From Pseudomonadota bacterium (lineage in GTDB: Bacteria > Pseudomonadota > Gammaproteobacteria > Burkholderiales > Burkholderiaceae_B): a DNA stretch of 64,000 nucleotides. Shown here one piece after another: positions 9,781 through 22,423 of the stretch. The stretch covers positions 85,866 through 149,865 of the forward strand of contig JAEWEV010000035.1 in NCBI GenBank assembly GCA_023389155.1, written 5' to 3'. A model generated the notes under the pieces. That model was given only the letters and a program-made list of their open reading frames with translations, was not told the DNA's origin and searched no databases. The position numbers were made by a program, and so were the translations under genes. The stretch's first letter is position 1; every line of letters begins with the position of its first letter.

Positions 9781-10746
9781 CTACTGATATTTGCCCAGAC
9801 TGCGCGTTAACGGAATACCGGACTCCAGGGCAATGCGACGGCGTTCAGATTGAACCTTGTCGCCATAGCCGCCATCACTGGGGCCGATGGCGCCAACGTA
9901 GCAGGCCAGACCACGATCAACGGAGCCCCGCCGCGCAATACAGTCGTGGAGGATTTTCGCCCCCACCTGAATATTGGCTACCGGATTCAGGGCCGACAGC
10001 ACGCCGCCGTGGAAAACGTCAAATTTTTCCGCGTGAACTTTGGGCATGACCTGCATCAAACCCTGAGCACCCACATGGCTTTCCGCGAACGGGTTATAAC
10101 GTGACTCAATGGCAATAACGCCCAGCACCAGAATCGGGTCCAGTTCCTGTTTTTCCGCAACCGAATACACCACGCGAATCAGAGCACCGGTCACGTTGCG
10201 TGCGATCTGGAACTTGCGCGACAGATACTCACGCAAGGCCAGCGCCTGGCTGTTGCTCAGCCCTGGCACCGTGAACTGATTGTTAGAGATACCCAGATTG
10301 GCAAAAAAACCCTCGGACGTATAGTCCTGTTCCCGAACCAAAGCGGTCTTATGCTCCTCCTCAGCAGACTTGACGGGCTGCGTAGCAATAATCGCACCCG
10401 TACGCACTTTTGGCGTACTGAAGATAGTGAGCAGATCGCGGTCAGACATGACCGTGCTGTCCGGCATCAGTGCATTGAGCGAAGCCTGGTGAATCACCCG
10501 AATCTGATCGCGAATGGCGGGCAGCAGTGCCGCCGCCAGAACCGCAACAAGCACGGCAATCCCAAGATACGAAACAACCAAATGCACGATATCAAGCGAG
10601 GTGCGATAGACCGACTTGAAAAAACGGGAGATCGGGGGATTGGCCGCTGCTAAAGTCATGTAAGCAAGGATCGGTCGCTCTGCAGCTCGACCGGGGTAAG
10701 TTTTCGGGAAATTTACTATACCCCAGTTTTCGCACGCCTGCATCAT
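9781..10746 (-). CDS. membrane-anchored lytic transglycosylase (SLT domain)
   Basis: SLT catalytic motif AIESRYNPFAESHVGAQGLMQVMP. An N-terminal TM helix is present. A strong AGGAGAAAGG SD motif lies 6 nt upstream of ATG 10746. Confidence 0.8.
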   Translation of the reverse strand: MMQACENWGIVNFPKTYPGRAAERPILAYMTLAAANPPISRFFKSVYRTSLDIVHLVVSYLGIAVLVAVLAAALLPAIRDQIRVIHQASLNALMPDSTVMSDRDLLTIFSTPKVRTGAIIATQPVKSAEEEHKTALVREQDYTSEGFFANLGISNNQFTVPGLSNSQALALREYLSRKFQIARNVTGALIRVVYSVAEKQELDPILVLGVIAIESRYNPFAESHVGAQGLMQVMPKVHAEKFDVFHGGVLSALNPVANIQVGAKILHDCIARRGSVDRGLACYVGAIGPSDGGYGDKVQSERRRIALESGIPLTRSLGKYQ

Positions 10747-10799
10747 CGTCTGCCTTTCTCCTATAATGACTGATCTGAATCATCAATAGGCTGTTAATC

Positions 10800-12350
10800 G
10801 TGAAATATGCGGATCTGCGGGATTTTCTGAAGCAACTGGAAAAACGGGGGAATCTCAAGACCATTTCTACTCCTGTACAGACCCGTCTGGAAATGACCGA
10901 AATCAGTGATCGCGTGCTGCGCGCTGGCGGTCCTGCCCTGCTGTTCGACAAACCAGTGCATCAGGGGCAAAACGCGGACATCCCTGTACTGACCAACCTT
11001 TTCGGCACGCCGCAGCGTGTGGCGTGGGGAATGGGCGCGGAGTCGGTCGACGCGCTACGGGAAACCGGTGTGCTGCTGGCCAGTCTGCGCGAACCCGAAG
11101 CGCCCAAAGGCATTCGCGAAGCCATCGGCACTGTCTCGATGCTCAAGTCTGCGCTATGGGACATGGCGCCAAAAATGCAGCGCCATGCCGCCTGCCAGGA
11201 AGTGATTTGGGAGAAGGATGAAGTCGATCTGTCACGATTACCTATCCAGCTGTGCTGGCCAGGTGATATCGCACCCCTCATCACTTGGGGACTGGTGATC
11301 ACTCGCGGACCGAAGGCAAAGCGCCAGAACCTGGGCATTTACCGTCAGCAGATCATAGGACGCAACAAGGTCATCATGCGCTGGCTGTCTCATCGTGGGG
11401 GAGCCCTGGATTTTCGGGATCACGCCCTGGCCCATCCGGATCAGCCGTTTCCGATTTCCGTTGCACTGAGTGCCGATCCCGCCACCATTCTGGGGGCTGT
11501 CACGCCCGTACCTGACAGTCTGTCTGAATACCAGTTCGCGGGATTGCTCAGAGGCTCCCGAACCGAGCTGGTCAAGTCCATCGGCAACGAGCTGTCCGTC
11601 CCCGCCTCAGCCGAAATCGTACTTGAAGGACATATTCTGCCGATAAACCATCCACAGGCCATCACCCCTGAGCCGGCGCCCGGTGCGCCAGCCTTGCGCA
11701 GCAATGGCTTCGAGATGGCGCTGGAAGGACCTTACGGCGACCATACCGGATACTACAACGAACAGGACTGGTTTCCGGTCTTCACCATTGACCGCATCAC
11801 CATGCGGCGTCAACCCATCTATCACAGTACCTACACCGGTAAACCGCCAGACGAACCAGCGGTACTCGGCGTTGCGCTGAACGAAGTCTTTGTACCCCTC
11901 CTGCAGAAGCAGCTGCCGGAAATTGTGGATTTTTATCTGCCGCCTGAAGGTTGCAGTTACCGCCTCGCCGTTGTGTCCATTCGCAAGCAGTATGCAGGCC
12001 ATGCCAAGCGGGTCATGTTCGGCGTGTGGAGCATTCTGCGACAGTTTATGTACACGAAATTCATCGTGGTCGTCGATGACGACATCAACACGCGCGACTG
12101 GAAAGAAGTGGTTTGGGCGATGACAACACGAATGGATCCCGTGCGGGACACCGTGCTTGTTGAAAATACACCGATAGACTATCTGGATTTTGCCTCACCC
12201 GAATCGGGGCTGGGTGGAAAAATGGGGATGGACGCCACCAATAAATGGCCCGGTGAAACTCACCGGGAATGGGGAACGCCCATCGCCATGGATCACGAAG
12301 TCAAACTCAGGGTTGACGACCTATGGAAGGATCTTGGTCTTGATACGTAA
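10800..12350 (+). CDS. ubiD: 4-hydroxy-3-polyprenylbenzoate decarboxylase
   Basis: 516 aa with a GTG start. The N-terminus [20 protein letters not shown] is typical of UbiD. Confidence 0.9.
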   Translation: MKYADLRDFLKQLEKRGNLKTISTPVQTRLEMTEISDRVLRAGGPALLFDKPVHQGQNADIPVLTNLFGTPQRVAWGMGAESVDALRETGVLLASLREPEAPKGIREAIGTVSMLKSALWDMAPKMQRHAACQEVIWEKDEVDLSRLPIQLCWPGDIAPLITWGLVITRGPKAKRQNLGIYRQQIIGRNKVIMRWLSHRGGALDFRDHALAHPDQPFPISVALSADPATILGAVTPVPDSLSEYQFAGLLRGSRTELVKSIGNELSVPASAEIVLEGHILPINHPQAITPEPAPGAPALRSNGFEMALEGPYGDHTGYYNEQDWFPVFTIDRITMRRQPIYHSTYTGKPPDEPAVLGVALNEVFVPLLQKQLPEIVDFYLPPEGCSYRLAVVSIRKQYAGHAKRVMFGVWSILRQFMYTKFIVVVDDDINTRDWKEVVWAMTTRMDPVRDTVLVENTPIDYLDFASPESGLGGKMGMDATNKWPGETHREWGTPIAMDHEVKLRVDDLWKDLGLDT

Positions 12351-12774
12351 AGGAACCGTGATCTACGGGAATATCCTGTTCCGAATAAGGCCGGATCGGG
12401 GAATCGCGGCGTGAACGGCGTGCCTCCTGTCGTTCCTGCTTGTCGCGAAACTTGTTATAGACAAACCACGAGGTTGCAGCCAGCGCCAGCGGCTTGATTA
12501 TCGCGGAACGCGATTTGCTGGCGCGCAGCAGGAAACGTGCAACGGTCAGACTGACCAGCGGATTTTTTTCAATAAGAGAAAATATGCCGCTGCGTTTTCG
12601 CGTCAGACTCATCAGCGTTTCGCTGCCCGCATCAAGAAGTGCAGTCTTGATTGCCTCGGGCGACAAGGAATGACCCAGCGTATTCACATCCTGGCGCAAT
12701 TGCTCCCGTTCTGCCAGTACCCTGGCAGTCAGTAACTGCTTGCGGAATGATTTTTTCAGTTTGGGATCACTCAT
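12307..12774 (-). CDS. YqjK-like protein
   Basis: Third gene of the elaB/yqjD-yqjE-yqjK-type string. The ATG at 12774 overlaps the upstream stop as ATGAGTGA. The 3' end overlaps the ubiD 3' end convergently by 44 nt. Confidence 0.5.
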   Translation of the reverse strand: MSDPKLKKSFRKQLLTARVLAEREQLRQDVNTLGHSLSPEAIKTALLDAGSETLMSLTRKRSGIFSLIEKNPLVSLTVARFLLRASKSRSAIIKPLALAATSWFVYNKFRDKQERQEARRSRRDSPIRPYSEQDIPVDHGSFTYQDQDPSIGRQP

Positions 12775-13189
12775 CGTCCGCTCCTGAAGTGGTGGCCGAA
12801 GCGGCCGCTGCGCCCGCTGAAGAGCGACGCCCACGCAGGGCAGCTGCATCATCCTTAAGCGCCGCTACGGTTGCCTCAAACGGCGTTGTAACCTGCGAAA
12901 GCCGTTTTTTCATCAGCAGAAGGCATCCGACCCCGACCAGAACGTAGACCAGCACGAGGATACCCAGAGCAATGTAACGATACTCGGTCTCCCAGAAAAA
13001 CAGGCCAACCAGCACGGCAACAACCATCAGCGCCAGGTGCAAAAACAGCAGCCCGACAGCACCGAATAAAAGAACCGACAGCAGCCGGTCCTTTTCTTCC
13101 GCCAGTTCCAGTGACAGCAATTCAAGACGCGTTTTTACAAGCGCAGTAAAGTCGCCGGCGACCGAGCCCAGATTCTGTTTGACTGACAT
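12767..13189 (-). CDS. YqjE/phage-holin-family membrane protein
   Basis: 140 aa with two long hydrophobic helices (LLFGAVGLLFLHLALMVVAVLVGLFF..ALGILVLVYVLVGVG). It follows the DUF883 gene, as in E. coli yqjD-yqjE-yqjK. Confidence 0.6.
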   Translation of the reverse strand: MSVKQNLGSVAGDFTALVKTRLELLSLELAEEKDRLLSVLLFGAVGLLFLHLALMVVAVLVGLFFWETEYRYIALGILVLVYVLVGVGCLLLMKKRLSQVTTPFEATVAALKDDAAALRGRRSSAGAAAASATTSGADDE

Positions 13190-13201
13190 AAGCGGCGCGC
13201 G

Positions 13202-13519
13202 TTACTTACGACCGATAATGACACCCAGCAGAACGCCGGCAAGGGCTGCAAAGCCTACTGTACGCCATGGATTGTCATGCACATAGTCGTCGGTTAGACG
13301 AACCGCTTCTTTGCTCTGCTCAACAGCACGTTCCTGAACGTCCCTGAAAGAACCGGTTGCTTTTTGCAGGGCACTCACTGCCCGATCCCGCAGTTCAGTT
13401 GCCTTGTCGCCACCGATTTCGGAGGCTTCCTTGAGCATTCCTTCTGCTTCTGCAATGCTGGCGCGCAGATTGTTAAGCAGCTGTTCCTGGGATTGTTCGA
13501 GATTGGATTTACTAGCCAT
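13202..13519 (-). CDS. ElaB/YqjD/DUF883 family membrane-anchored ribosome-binding protein
   Basis: 105 aa. Coiled N-region plus a C-terminal anchor NPWRTVGFAALAGVLLGVIIGRK, typical of the family. Confidence 0.75.
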   Translation of the reverse strand: MASKSNLEQSQEQLLNNLRASIAEAEGMLKEASEIGGDKATELRDRAVSALQKATGSFRDVQERAVEQSKEAVRLTDDYVHDNPWRTVGFAALAGVLLGVIIGRK

Positions 13520-13760
13520 GTGACTCTCCTGCGTTAATTATCCGAATGACTGTTTGAATAGCCGGAAAGCAGATGCTCCGCTTTTACCGGGTCTTGCTTT
13601 TTTATATATTATTCCGTTCCTGATAATTTCAAGTCCATCATATCGCATTCTAGGGAACTATCGGCCATACTTTGTAATTATTTTCATTTGAAATACTTAC
13701 TATTAATTGCAACGCATAGCGCACCTGTTCCCGCTGCAACAATTCCCAGGATTTCGTAGT

Positions 13761-14396
13761 CTATTCTTTCTGTCGTGTTCCGAAAATACGATCACCCGCA
13801 TCGCCCAGGCCGGGCATGATATATCCGTCCCTGTTCAACCGTTCATCGATGGATGCGGTATAGATTTTTACATCGGGATGCGCCTTGAGCACACGTTCAA
13901 TGCCTTCAGGCGCCGCCACCAGAACCAGCGCCTTAATTTCCCGACAGCCGGCCTGCTTGAGCATCGCAATGGTCGCTTCCATCGAACCCCCGGTGGCCAG
14001 CATGGGATCAATAATCAGGGCAAGGCGCTGGTCAAGATCTCCGACAAGCTTCTGCAGATAGGTGCCGGCTTCGAGCGTTTCTTCATTACGGGCGATGCCT
14101 ACCGCACTTACCTTTGCACCAGGGATCAGGGATAGCACGCCATCCAGCATACCTATCCCTGCCCGCAGGATGGGGACTACCGTCACTTTTTTGCCGGCAA
14201 TTTTCTTGACCGTCACCTGACCGCACCACCCTTCGATCACCGTATCCTCTAACGGAAAATCCTGGGATGCCTCATAGGTCAGCAAGGCGGCAATTTCCTG
14301 GGCCAGCTCCCGAAAACTTTTTGTGCTCAGATCTGCGCGCCGCATGATGCCCAGTTTGTGCTGGATCAGAGGATGGCTGATTTCGTGAACGGACAT
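13761..14396 (-). CDS. upp: uracil phosphoribosyltransferase
   Basis: ORF trimmed to the ATG at 14396 ([19 protein letters not shown]). The PRPP motif [12 protein letters not shown] is present. Length 211 aa. Confidence 0.92.
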   Translation of the reverse strand: MSVHEISHPLIQHKLGIMRRADLSTKSFRELAQEIAALLTYEASQDFPLEDTVIEGWCGQVTVKKIAGKKVTVVPILRAGIGMLDGVLSLIPGAKVSAVGIARNEETLEAGTYLQKLVGDLDQRLALIIDPMLATGGSMEATIAMLKQAGCREIKALVLVAAPEGIERVLKAHPDVKIYTASIDERLNRDGYIMPGLGDAGDRIFGTRQKE

Positions 14397-14415
14397 GGTT
14401 TTTCTCTCCGAAAAA

Positions 14416-16248
14416 TTATTGGGCAATGAGCCACTCCACAATGGAGTCGACAAACGGCTTGGTTTTGAATGCAGCGGCGTCGTTGACGAGGCTGACCAGG
14501 ATATACGTTTTTCCACTGGCTGCCGTGACAAACCCCGACAGTGCACTGGCATTGCCCAGCGTTCCTGTCTTGAAGTGTCCGCGCCCTTTTGCTGCCTGAT
14601 CGGTCAGGCGGCGTCGCATGGTACCATCGACTCCCGTGACTGACAACGAATCGATAAACGTATCGCGCAAGGACGAGGCCCAGATCGCGTCAAGCATCTG
14701 AGCCTGCCCACCCGCGGTAATGCGGCCTTCACGAGACAGACCTGAACCGTTGGTAACGGTATATCCGGCAATATTAACACCTTGCTTCTTCAGGATCCCC
14801 AGGACGGCCTGGGCACCTTTTTCAAATGTAGCAGGCGGTCCGTACAATTCTTCACCCAGGGTGAGCAGCAGTGTTTTGGCCATCACGTTATTGCTGTATT
14901 TATTGATGGTCTGGATGACCTGCGCCAGCGGAGGCGAGCTTCGTGTCTCCAGCAACATGGCGCGCGCCGGCACAAGTCCGTCACGGATCACACCTGAAAT
15001 GGTGCCACCTTCGGCGGTCCAGAGTTGCTCGAATATCGTGGAGAACATATAGGATTGCGAACCCACCAGACGATAGAAGGAAAACTGTCCGCAATTGGCC
15101 GACAGTTTTCCCTTCAGCTGCAACGCCCTGCCCTGGTCAGTCTGCACAAAGCCAGTCAGTTCCGAACCTGTACGCGACTTGGTACAGGCGCCAGAGGTCA
15201 ATCCCAGACTGCCGCTAACCGGTGGATTCAGAATATCCGGTTCGAACGAAATATCCCACCGGCCTGACTTGGGATTAGGTTTGAAATTGAGCATGATGGC
15301 GCCAAGATTGACCATCATGGCATCGGGATTGGCATTGTAGGGACGTTCGGGCGAACCATCGAAGTCACCCGGATCGACGAAGATGGGCGCAAACAATGAA
15401 CGATCCACCACCACATCGGACAGATGCCGCAGCCCCTTTGCCTGAATGCTGCGGATTATTTCCCTGAGACCCTGATAATTCAGCGAGGGGTCGCCACCGC
15501 CTTTGATATAGAGCGGGGTACGCATGGCCTGGGACACATCCACGCGCGCCCTGTTGTCAAGATAAACACGTGTTTTCCATGTGTAATCGGTTCCCAGCTG
15601 TTTAATTGCCGCCCAGGTCGTCAGCGTTTTCATGACCGAGGCAGGATTGCGCGGAGTAGAAGGATTGATGGCAAGAATAACAGGCCCTCCTGCCTCCTTG
15701 ATCAGCAGAGACAGGGATGACAAGGGCACACCAGCACGATCCCAGCGTGCCTGGATCGCATCGGGCAGGCGACTGGAGGATTTGATGGATGCAATAGGGA
15801 AACCATACACATTCAGCAATTCACCCACGTCAGACTGCGCTTGCGTGGCAGGTGCCGCTGACAGTCCCACTCCGCCTTTTTTCAGACCTGTCCCGCCCCT
15901 GCTATCGGACTTGACCGGCTGCACAACCGTCACGTCCAGACTACCAGGGCGGTTAAATTCGAAACTTTCACCCGGGGCAACCCGAATCTTCTTTGTCTTG
16001 CTTTTCTGCCTCGTCGGGCTCTTCTTTTTGGCAGAGGCTGCTGATTTACTGCGTGACGCGACTGGCTTTTTCACTTTCGATTTTGCAGCTGACTTTGTCG
16101 CCTGTGATTTTGTGGCTGCGCCATTCTTGCGTACCGGTTCACGTGCATGTGAAGGCTCTGTCAGGGACAGACTCACGAGCAGCAGGCCAATACACACATG
16201 CGCAAACGCTGCGGAACCCTTGTGCAAGAAACGCATTGCGATACTCAT
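14416..16248 (-). CDS. dacB: D-alanyl-D-alanine carboxypeptidase/endopeptidase (PBP4) with a Lys-rich N-terminal extension
   Basis: SxxK motif PASVMKT, plus the SGLSREGR and FKTGTL (KTG) motifs. A signal-peptide-like [29 protein letters not shown] is present. The start is uncertain (16248 or 16236). Confidence 0.85.
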   Translation of the reverse strand: MSIAMRFLHKGSAAFAHVCIGLLLVSLSLTEPSHAREPVRKNGAATKSQATKSAAKSKVKKPVASRSKSAASAKKKSPTRQKSKTKKIRVAPGESFEFNRPGSLDVTVVQPVKSDSRGGTGLKKGGVGLSAAPATQAQSDVGELLNVYGFPIASIKSSSRLPDAIQARWDRAGVPLSSLSLLIKEAGGPVILAINPSTPRNPASVMKTLTTWAAIKQLGTDYTWKTRVYLDNRARVDVSQAMRTPLYIKGGGDPSLNYQGLREIIRSIQAKGLRHLSDVVVDRSLFAPIFVDPGDFDGSPERPYNANPDAMMVNLGAIMLNFKPNPKSGRWDISFEPDILNPPVSGSLGLTSGACTKSRTGSELTGFVQTDQGRALQLKGKLSANCGQFSFYRLVGSQSYMFSTIFEQLWTAEGGTISGVIRDGLVPARAMLLETRSSPPLAQVIQTINKYSNNVMAKTLLLTLGEELYGPPATFEKGAQAVLGILKKQGVNIAGYTVTNGSGLSREGRITAGGQAQMLDAIWASSLRDTFIDSLSVTGVDGTMRRRLTDQAAKGRGHFKTGTLGNASALSGFVTAASGKTYILVSLVNDAAAFKTKPFVDSIVEWLIAQ

Positions 16249-16534
16249 ATATCCTTGCCGGCTGCACCGAACCCGCAAGCGACATATCCTGCGAATGGAG
16301 CAAGCGTCGCCGCGGCGGAACGGGACAACCAAGGATACGAAGGCTGAAGGCGGATCATTGTGGTCTGACTCTCCCGTTGATGTCCCGTAGCAAAAAAGAC
16401 ACTTTATAATGGTTAATTACGACAATCCCGTTAAAACCGGCGGTACGCATCGCCAATCTTCTCACAAAACACTTCGACCGGACACTGGTGCGCCTTCGGC
16501 GCCTGTTGCTGTCGCGACCTGTTGCCCTTATTCC

Positions 16535-17593
16535 ATGCTACCCATAGACCCCTCGCTAAGCCTTGCCGATTTCGACTACGACCTTCCCGAAGACCTGATT
16601 GCCCAGACGCCGCCCGCCACCCGAACTGACAGTCGCCTGCTGCTTGTCCCGAACGATGGCGATCTGCAGGATCTGAGTTTTTCAGCCCTGCCAGCACTGC
16701 TGCAGCCCGGTGATCTGCTCGTCTTTAACGATACCAAGGTCATTAAGGCAAGACTATACGGCCAAAAAGACAGCGGCGGGCGTATCGAAGCCCTGATCGA
16801 ACGTATTCTGGAACCGACACGCGCCCTGGCGCATATCCGTGCCAGCAAAGCTCCCCGGCCTGGCGTTTCGCTGATTTTCGACGGCGAGGTCCGCTGCCAG
16901 GTAAAGGCCAGACATGATGATCTGTTTGAATTGCAGTTCGAAGCCGATATTCTGCCCTTGCTGGACAAACACGGCAACCTGCCGTTGCCTCCATACATCA
17001 GACATAACGCCGACCAGGAGGATGAAACCCGTTACCAGACGGTATACGCCCGCCACCCCGGTGCCGTGGCCGCCCCTACCGCCGGCTTGCATTTTGACGC
17101 GGCGATGCTACAGCGGCTGCGCGAGACAGGAGTCGAGACTGCGTGGGTGACCCTGCACGTGGGAGCCGGCACTTTTCAGCCAGTACGTGTGGAAAAAATC
17201 AATGAGCACATTATGCATGCCGAATGGTACACGGTGCCACAGGAAACGGTCTTGGCCATTGCGGCCGCCCGGCAGCGCGGCGGGCGTGTGATTGCAGTTG
17301 GCACCACCAGCGTACGTGCGCTGGAATCGGCGGCGCAACAGGGCGGTACCGTGGACAACCTGCGCTGCCCGATTGCCCATAGCGCCGATACCCGGCTGTT
17401 TATCACACCCGGTTACCGCTTTCGCGTAATTGACGGCCTGATCACGAACTTCCATCTTCCCCAATCCACCCTGCTCATGCTGGTCTCTGCGCTCACCGGG
17501 CGTGAACGCATGCAGCAGGCCTATCGTCACGCCATTGAGCAGCGATATCGCTTCTTCAGTTACGGAGACGCCATGTTCATCGCGCCGCGATAA
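16535..17593 (+). CDS. queA: S-adenosylmethionine:tRNA ribosyltransferase-isomerase
   Basis: Trimmed to the ATG at 16535 ([24 protein letters not shown]). Contains PLPPYI and [10 protein letters not shown] motifs. Length 352 aa. Confidence 0.92.
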   Translation: MLPIDPSLSLADFDYDLPEDLIAQTPPATRTDSRLLLVPNDGDLQDLSFSALPALLQPGDLLVFNDTKVIKARLYGQKDSGGRIEALIERILEPTRALAHIRASKAPRPGVSLIFDGEVRCQVKARHDDLFELQFEADILPLLDKHGNLPLPPYIRHNADQEDETRYQTVYARHPGAVAAPTAGLHFDAAMLQRLRETGVETAWVTLHVGAGTFQPVRVEKINEHIMHAEWYTVPQETVLAIAAARQRGGRVIAVGTTSVRALESAAQQGGTVDNLRCPIAHSADTRLFITPGYRFRVIDGLITNFHLPQSTLLMLVSALTGRERMQQAYRHAIEQRYRFFSYGDAMFIAPR

Positions 17594-17640
17594 CACCCGC
17601 GCTGCAGAATCACCGGGCGAATCCGTATTTGCCCCGGTAA

Positions 17641-18870
<1,230 letters not shown>

Positions 18871-18923
18871 CCAAGAAAAGGCTACAATATTCGGTTAATT
18901 TTACACTTACGGGAGTTCTACTT

Positions 18924-19274
18924 ATGCTCACAAGCAATTTATCTACGCTGGTTCTGGCGCAGGCTGCGCCTCCTGGCGGCATCCTTGGCGGTCTGACAAG
19001 TTTCCTGCCTATCATTCTGATGTTCGTGGTTCTGTATTTCCTGATGATCCGTCCTCAGATGAAAAGACAGAAAGAAACGAAGGCCATGATTGATGCGCTT
19101 GCAAAGGGTGACGAAGTGATTACCGCCGGTGGCATTCTGGGCAAAATCAGCAAAGTGACAGACAACTACCTGACGCTGGAAGTATCCAGCCTGGCAGAGA
19201 AGCCCGTCGAAGTACTGGTGCAGCGTGTTGCCGTCACTACGGTACTGCCAAAAGGCACCGTCAAATCGCTGTAA
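18924..19274 (+). CDS. yajC: preprotein translocase subunit YajC
   Basis: 116 aa. Single TM followed by MIRPQMKRQKE. Positioned between tgt and secD. Confidence 0.9.
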   Translation: MLTSNLSTLVLAQAAPPGGILGGLTSFLPIILMFVVLYFLMIRPQMKRQKETKAMIDALAKGDEVITAGGILGKISKVTDNYLTLEVSSLAEKPVEVLVQRVAVTTVLPKGTVKSL

Positions 19275-19286
19275 GACGGACCACAG

Positions 19287-19317
19287 GCGGGCGGCATAGT
19301 ACCGCCCCCTTTTTTTC
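19287..19317 (+). terminator. intrinsic terminator/attenuator-like hairpin between yajC and secD
   Basis: GGGCGG-catagta-CCGCCC stem (19289-19294 with 19302-19307), followed by a T7 run at 19310-19316. Confidence 0.55.
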
Positions 19318-19358
19318 CGGCTCTCTGTTTCAACCTCTTTTCGATAAACGGCTACGGT

Positions 19359-21254
19359 ATGAACCGCTACCCCCTCTGGAAATACATTACGGTACTGGTT
19401 GCCCTGATCATCGGCATCCTCTACACCGTCCCCAACTTTTTTGGCGAATCACCGGCAGTCCAGGTGTCCAGTGCAAAAGTCACGCACAAAGTTACCAATC
19501 AGACCATGGGTCAGGTAGAGGACATACTCAGGCAAAATAATATCGCCTATTCCGGTGCCTATTTTCAGCAGAACGGTCCGGCAGGTACGGTTCGAGTCAG
19601 ACTGGCCAACACCGACGCGCAGCTGAAAGCGCGCGATGTGCTGGACAACGCACTGAATCCCGTCAAGGATGATCCGGCCTACACGGTAGCGCTGAACTTG
19701 CTGTCCGGCTCTCCCGACTGGATGTCAGCAATCGGCGCCAACCCCATGTATCTGGGTCTTGACCTGCGCGGTGGCGTGCATTTTTTGCTTCAGGTCGACA
19801 TGCAGGGCGCACTCACGGCCCGCTATGAATCGCTTACCACCGACATGCGCGCCATTCTGCGCGACGCCCGCGTGAAGGTGGACTCTGTCAACACTGCCAA
19901 TGCCACCATTGTGGCCACTTTTGCCACGGCTGACGAGCGCGACAAGGCATTGGGTGCGCTACGTTCCCGAGCGGGAGAACTGGAGTTTACCCCCAGCCAG
20001 TCTGGCGGCAAGTTCCTGCTGACCGGCACCATCCGCCCGGCAGAAATCACCAGGGTCCAGGACACGGCCCTGCAACAGAATATTCTGACCCTCCATAACC
20101 GTATTAACGAGCTGGGTGTCGCTGAACCGATCATTCAGCAGCAGGGTACCGACAGGATCGTCGTACAGTTGCCTGGTATTCAGGACGTTGCCAAAGCCAA
20201 GGAAATCCTTGGCCGTACGGCAACGTTGCAGTTGCGCATGGTCGACGACTCTCCGGCTGCCCAGAACGCCCTGGCGGGAGGCACTGTCCCCTTCGGTCTG
20301 GAAAGCTTCAAGGACACAGACGGCAGGACGGTGCTGGTTCGACGCCAGGTGCTGCTAACGGGTGAAAATCTGGAAAATGCCCAGTCGGGCCGTAACCAGC
20401 AGACACAGCAGCCCACCGTCAACCTGACCCTGGATGACAAGGGTGCACGCATTTTCCGCGACACGACGCGCGACAATATCGGCAAGCGCCTGGCCATCAT
20501 CCTGTTCGAAAACGGCAGAGGTCAGGTGGTGACTGCACCGGTCATCCGCAGCGAGATTCCCAACGGACAGGTGGAAATTTCAGGCAGCATGGACGCCACT
20601 CAGGCGGCCGACACAGCGCTTCTGCTGCGTGCCGGCTCCCTGGCCGCGCCCATGTCCATCATCGAAGAGCGCACCATCGGCCCAAGCCTGGGTGCCGACA
20701 ACATCAAGATGGGCTTTGATTCCACGCTTTATGGTTTCCTCCTGATTGCCGTCTTCATGATTATTTATTACCACGTGTTCGGCATATTTTCCACACTGGG
20801 CCTGGCATTTAACGTGCTGTTGCTGCTTGCCGTGCTGTCGCTGCTGCAAGCCACGCTGACGCTGCCCGGTATTGCAGCGATCGCGCTGACGCTGGGTATG
20901 GCAATTGACTCGAACGTGCTCATCAACGAGCGGGTTCGTGAAGAATTGCGTAATGGCGCAACGCCGCAACAGGCGATCAGCACCGGTTTCAGCAAGGCAT
21001 GGGCAACCATTCTGGATTCGAATCTGACCACACTGATTGTTGGTCTTGCCCTGCTCGCTTTCGGCAGCGGTCCGGTCCGCGGTTTTGCCGTCGTGCACTG
21101 CATTGGTATCCTGACGTCCATGTTCTCGTCGGTCGTCGGCGTACGTGCGATCGTGAATCTGTGGTACGGCCGTCGCAAGAAACTCAAATCGGTTTCCATT
21201 GGTACTGTCTGGCGTCCCGAAACTGGTGACGTGAAAGACAAGGCAAAAAACTGA
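19359..21254 (+). CDS. secD: protein translocase subunit SecD
   Basis: 631 aa. Large periplasmic domain plus a C-terminal 6-TM block (GPSLGADNI..). Follows yajC. Confidence 0.93.
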   Translation: MNRYPLWKYITVLVALIIGILYTVPNFFGESPAVQVSSAKVTHKVTNQTMGQVEDILRQNNIAYSGAYFQQNGPAGTVRVRLANTDAQLKARDVLDNALNPVKDDPAYTVALNLLSGSPDWMSAIGANPMYLGLDLRGGVHFLLQVDMQGALTARYESLTTDMRAILRDARVKVDSVNTANATIVATFATADERDKALGALRSRAGELEFTPSQSGGKFLLTGTIRPAEITRVQDTALQQNILTLHNRINELGVAEPIIQQQGTDRIVVQLPGIQDVAKAKEILGRTATLQLRMVDDSPAAQNALAGGTVPFGLESFKDTDGRTVLVRRQVLLTGENLENAQSGRNQQTQQPTVNLTLDDKGARIFRDTTRDNIGKRLAIILFENGRGQVVTAPVIRSEIPNGQVEISGSMDATQAADTALLLRAGSLAAPMSIIEERTIGPSLGADNIKMGFDSTLYGFLLIAVFMIIYYHVFGIFSTLGLAFNVLLLLAVLSLLQATLTLPGIAAIALTLGMAIDSNVLINERVREELRNGATPQQAISTGFSKAWATILDSNLTTLIVGLALLAFGSGPVRGFAVVHCIGILTSMFSSVVGVRAIVNLWYGRRKKLKSVSIGTVWRPETGDVKDKAKN

Positions 21255-21307
21255 ATCGGGCAGAACACTTTTTCTGTCCGGACTGACCGGACAGAGCAGG
21301 AATAAAT

Positions 21308-22246
21308 ATGGAATTTTTCAGAATTCACAAAACCATCCCGTTCATGAAGAACGCGCTGATCCTCAATGCGATCAGCGCCCTCACCTTCGTGCTTGCGGTA
21401 TTTTTCATTGTCACTCGTGGCTTTCACCTGTCCATTGAATTTACCGGCGGGACGGTCATGGAAGTCAACTATCAGCAGGCGGCACAGCTCGAAGAGATTC
21501 GCAGCAGTATCAGCGCGCTGAAGTATAGTGATTTCCAGGTTCAAAACTTTGGGACCTCGCGCGACGTCATCATCCGGCTGCCGGTAGACAAACAGCTCTC
21601 CTCCACAGAGCAGAGCAATACCGTCATGGCCGCGCTCAAGAAAACCAGCCCGGATGCCGAATTGCGCCGGGTAGAATTCGTCGGCCCACAGGTGGGTAAG
21701 GAATTGCTGACCAATGGCCTGAAAGCGCTGACATTTGTGGTCATTGGCATCATGATCTACCTGGGCATCCGCTTCGAATGGAAATTCGCTCTTGCCTGCG
21801 TGGTAGCCAACCTGCATGACGTGGTAATTATCCTCGGCTTTTTTGCCTTCTTCCAGTGGGAATTCTCGCTGCCGGTGCTCGCCGGCGTGCTGGCGGTACT
21901 GGGCTATTCTGTCAATGAATCGGTGGTGATCATGGACCGGATCCGTGAAAACTTCCGCAAGCAGCGCCGGGCCAGTGTGCGAGATGTCATTGACGGCGCC
22001 ATCACGCAGACTATTTCGCGTACCGTGATTACCCACGCCTCCACGCAAATGATGGTGCTCTCCATGTTCTTCTTTGGCGGACCATCCCTGCATTATTTTG
22101 CACTGGCACTGACCATCGGTATCTGGTTCGGCATCTACTCTTCCGTGTTTGTGGCTGCAGCCATCGCCATGTGGCTGGGCGTCAAGCGTGAAGACATGAT
22201 CAAGGCGCCGAAAAAAGAAGACCCGGCCAGTGAAGTGATCTACTGA
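21308..22246 (+). CDS. secF: protein translocase subunit SecF
   Basis: 312 aa. Contains the IEFTGGT motif. Follows secD. Confidence 0.93.
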   Translation: MEFFRIHKTIPFMKNALILNAISALTFVLAVFFIVTRGFHLSIEFTGGTVMEVNYQQAAQLEEIRSSISALKYSDFQVQNFGTSRDVIIRLPVDKQLSSTEQSNTVMAALKKTSPDAELRRVEFVGPQVGKELLTNGLKALTFVVIGIMIYLGIRFEWKFALACVVANLHDVVIILGFFAFFQWEFSLPVLAGVLAVLGYSVNESVVIMDRIRENFRKQRRASVRDVIDGAITQTISRTVITHASTQMMVLSMFFFGGPSLHYFALALTIGIWFGIYSSVFVAAAIAMWLGVKREDMIKAPKKEDPASEVIY

Positions 22247-22294
22247 TCCCGACACTGTCCCCTGCGCGCAACATCCGTTAGCGCGCGTTCCCCC

Positions 22295-22321
22295 AAAAAA
22301 AGCGCCTTAGGGCGCTTTTTC
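22295..22321 (+). terminator. bidirectional-type intrinsic terminator after secF
   Basis: A-run, then AGCGCC-ttag-GGCGCT (22301-22316), then TTTTT. Confidence 0.6.
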
Positions 22322-22423
22322 ATTTGAAAAAACAACAGGATAAGGCGCAATCGGCCCAAACACGCTACAATCACGTTTTCCAAATTTACCCCCGGGACAA
22401 AAACCCGCAACGGTACCAAAATC

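Noticed and set aside
13561-13605. Hairpin CCGGAAAGC..GCTTTTACCGG followed by a T-run on the plus strand
   Set aside because: It is oriented as a plus-strand terminator, but no plus-strand gene lies upstream. It sits in the upp/elaB-like intergenic region, and I cannot assign it a role. It is more likely part of the elaB-like promoter region or a chance structure.
20768-22255. 495-aa minus-strand ORF
   Set aside because: It lies entirely antisense to secD/secF, both of which have unmistakable signatures. The composition is His/Arg/Gly-rich and unlike a real protein.
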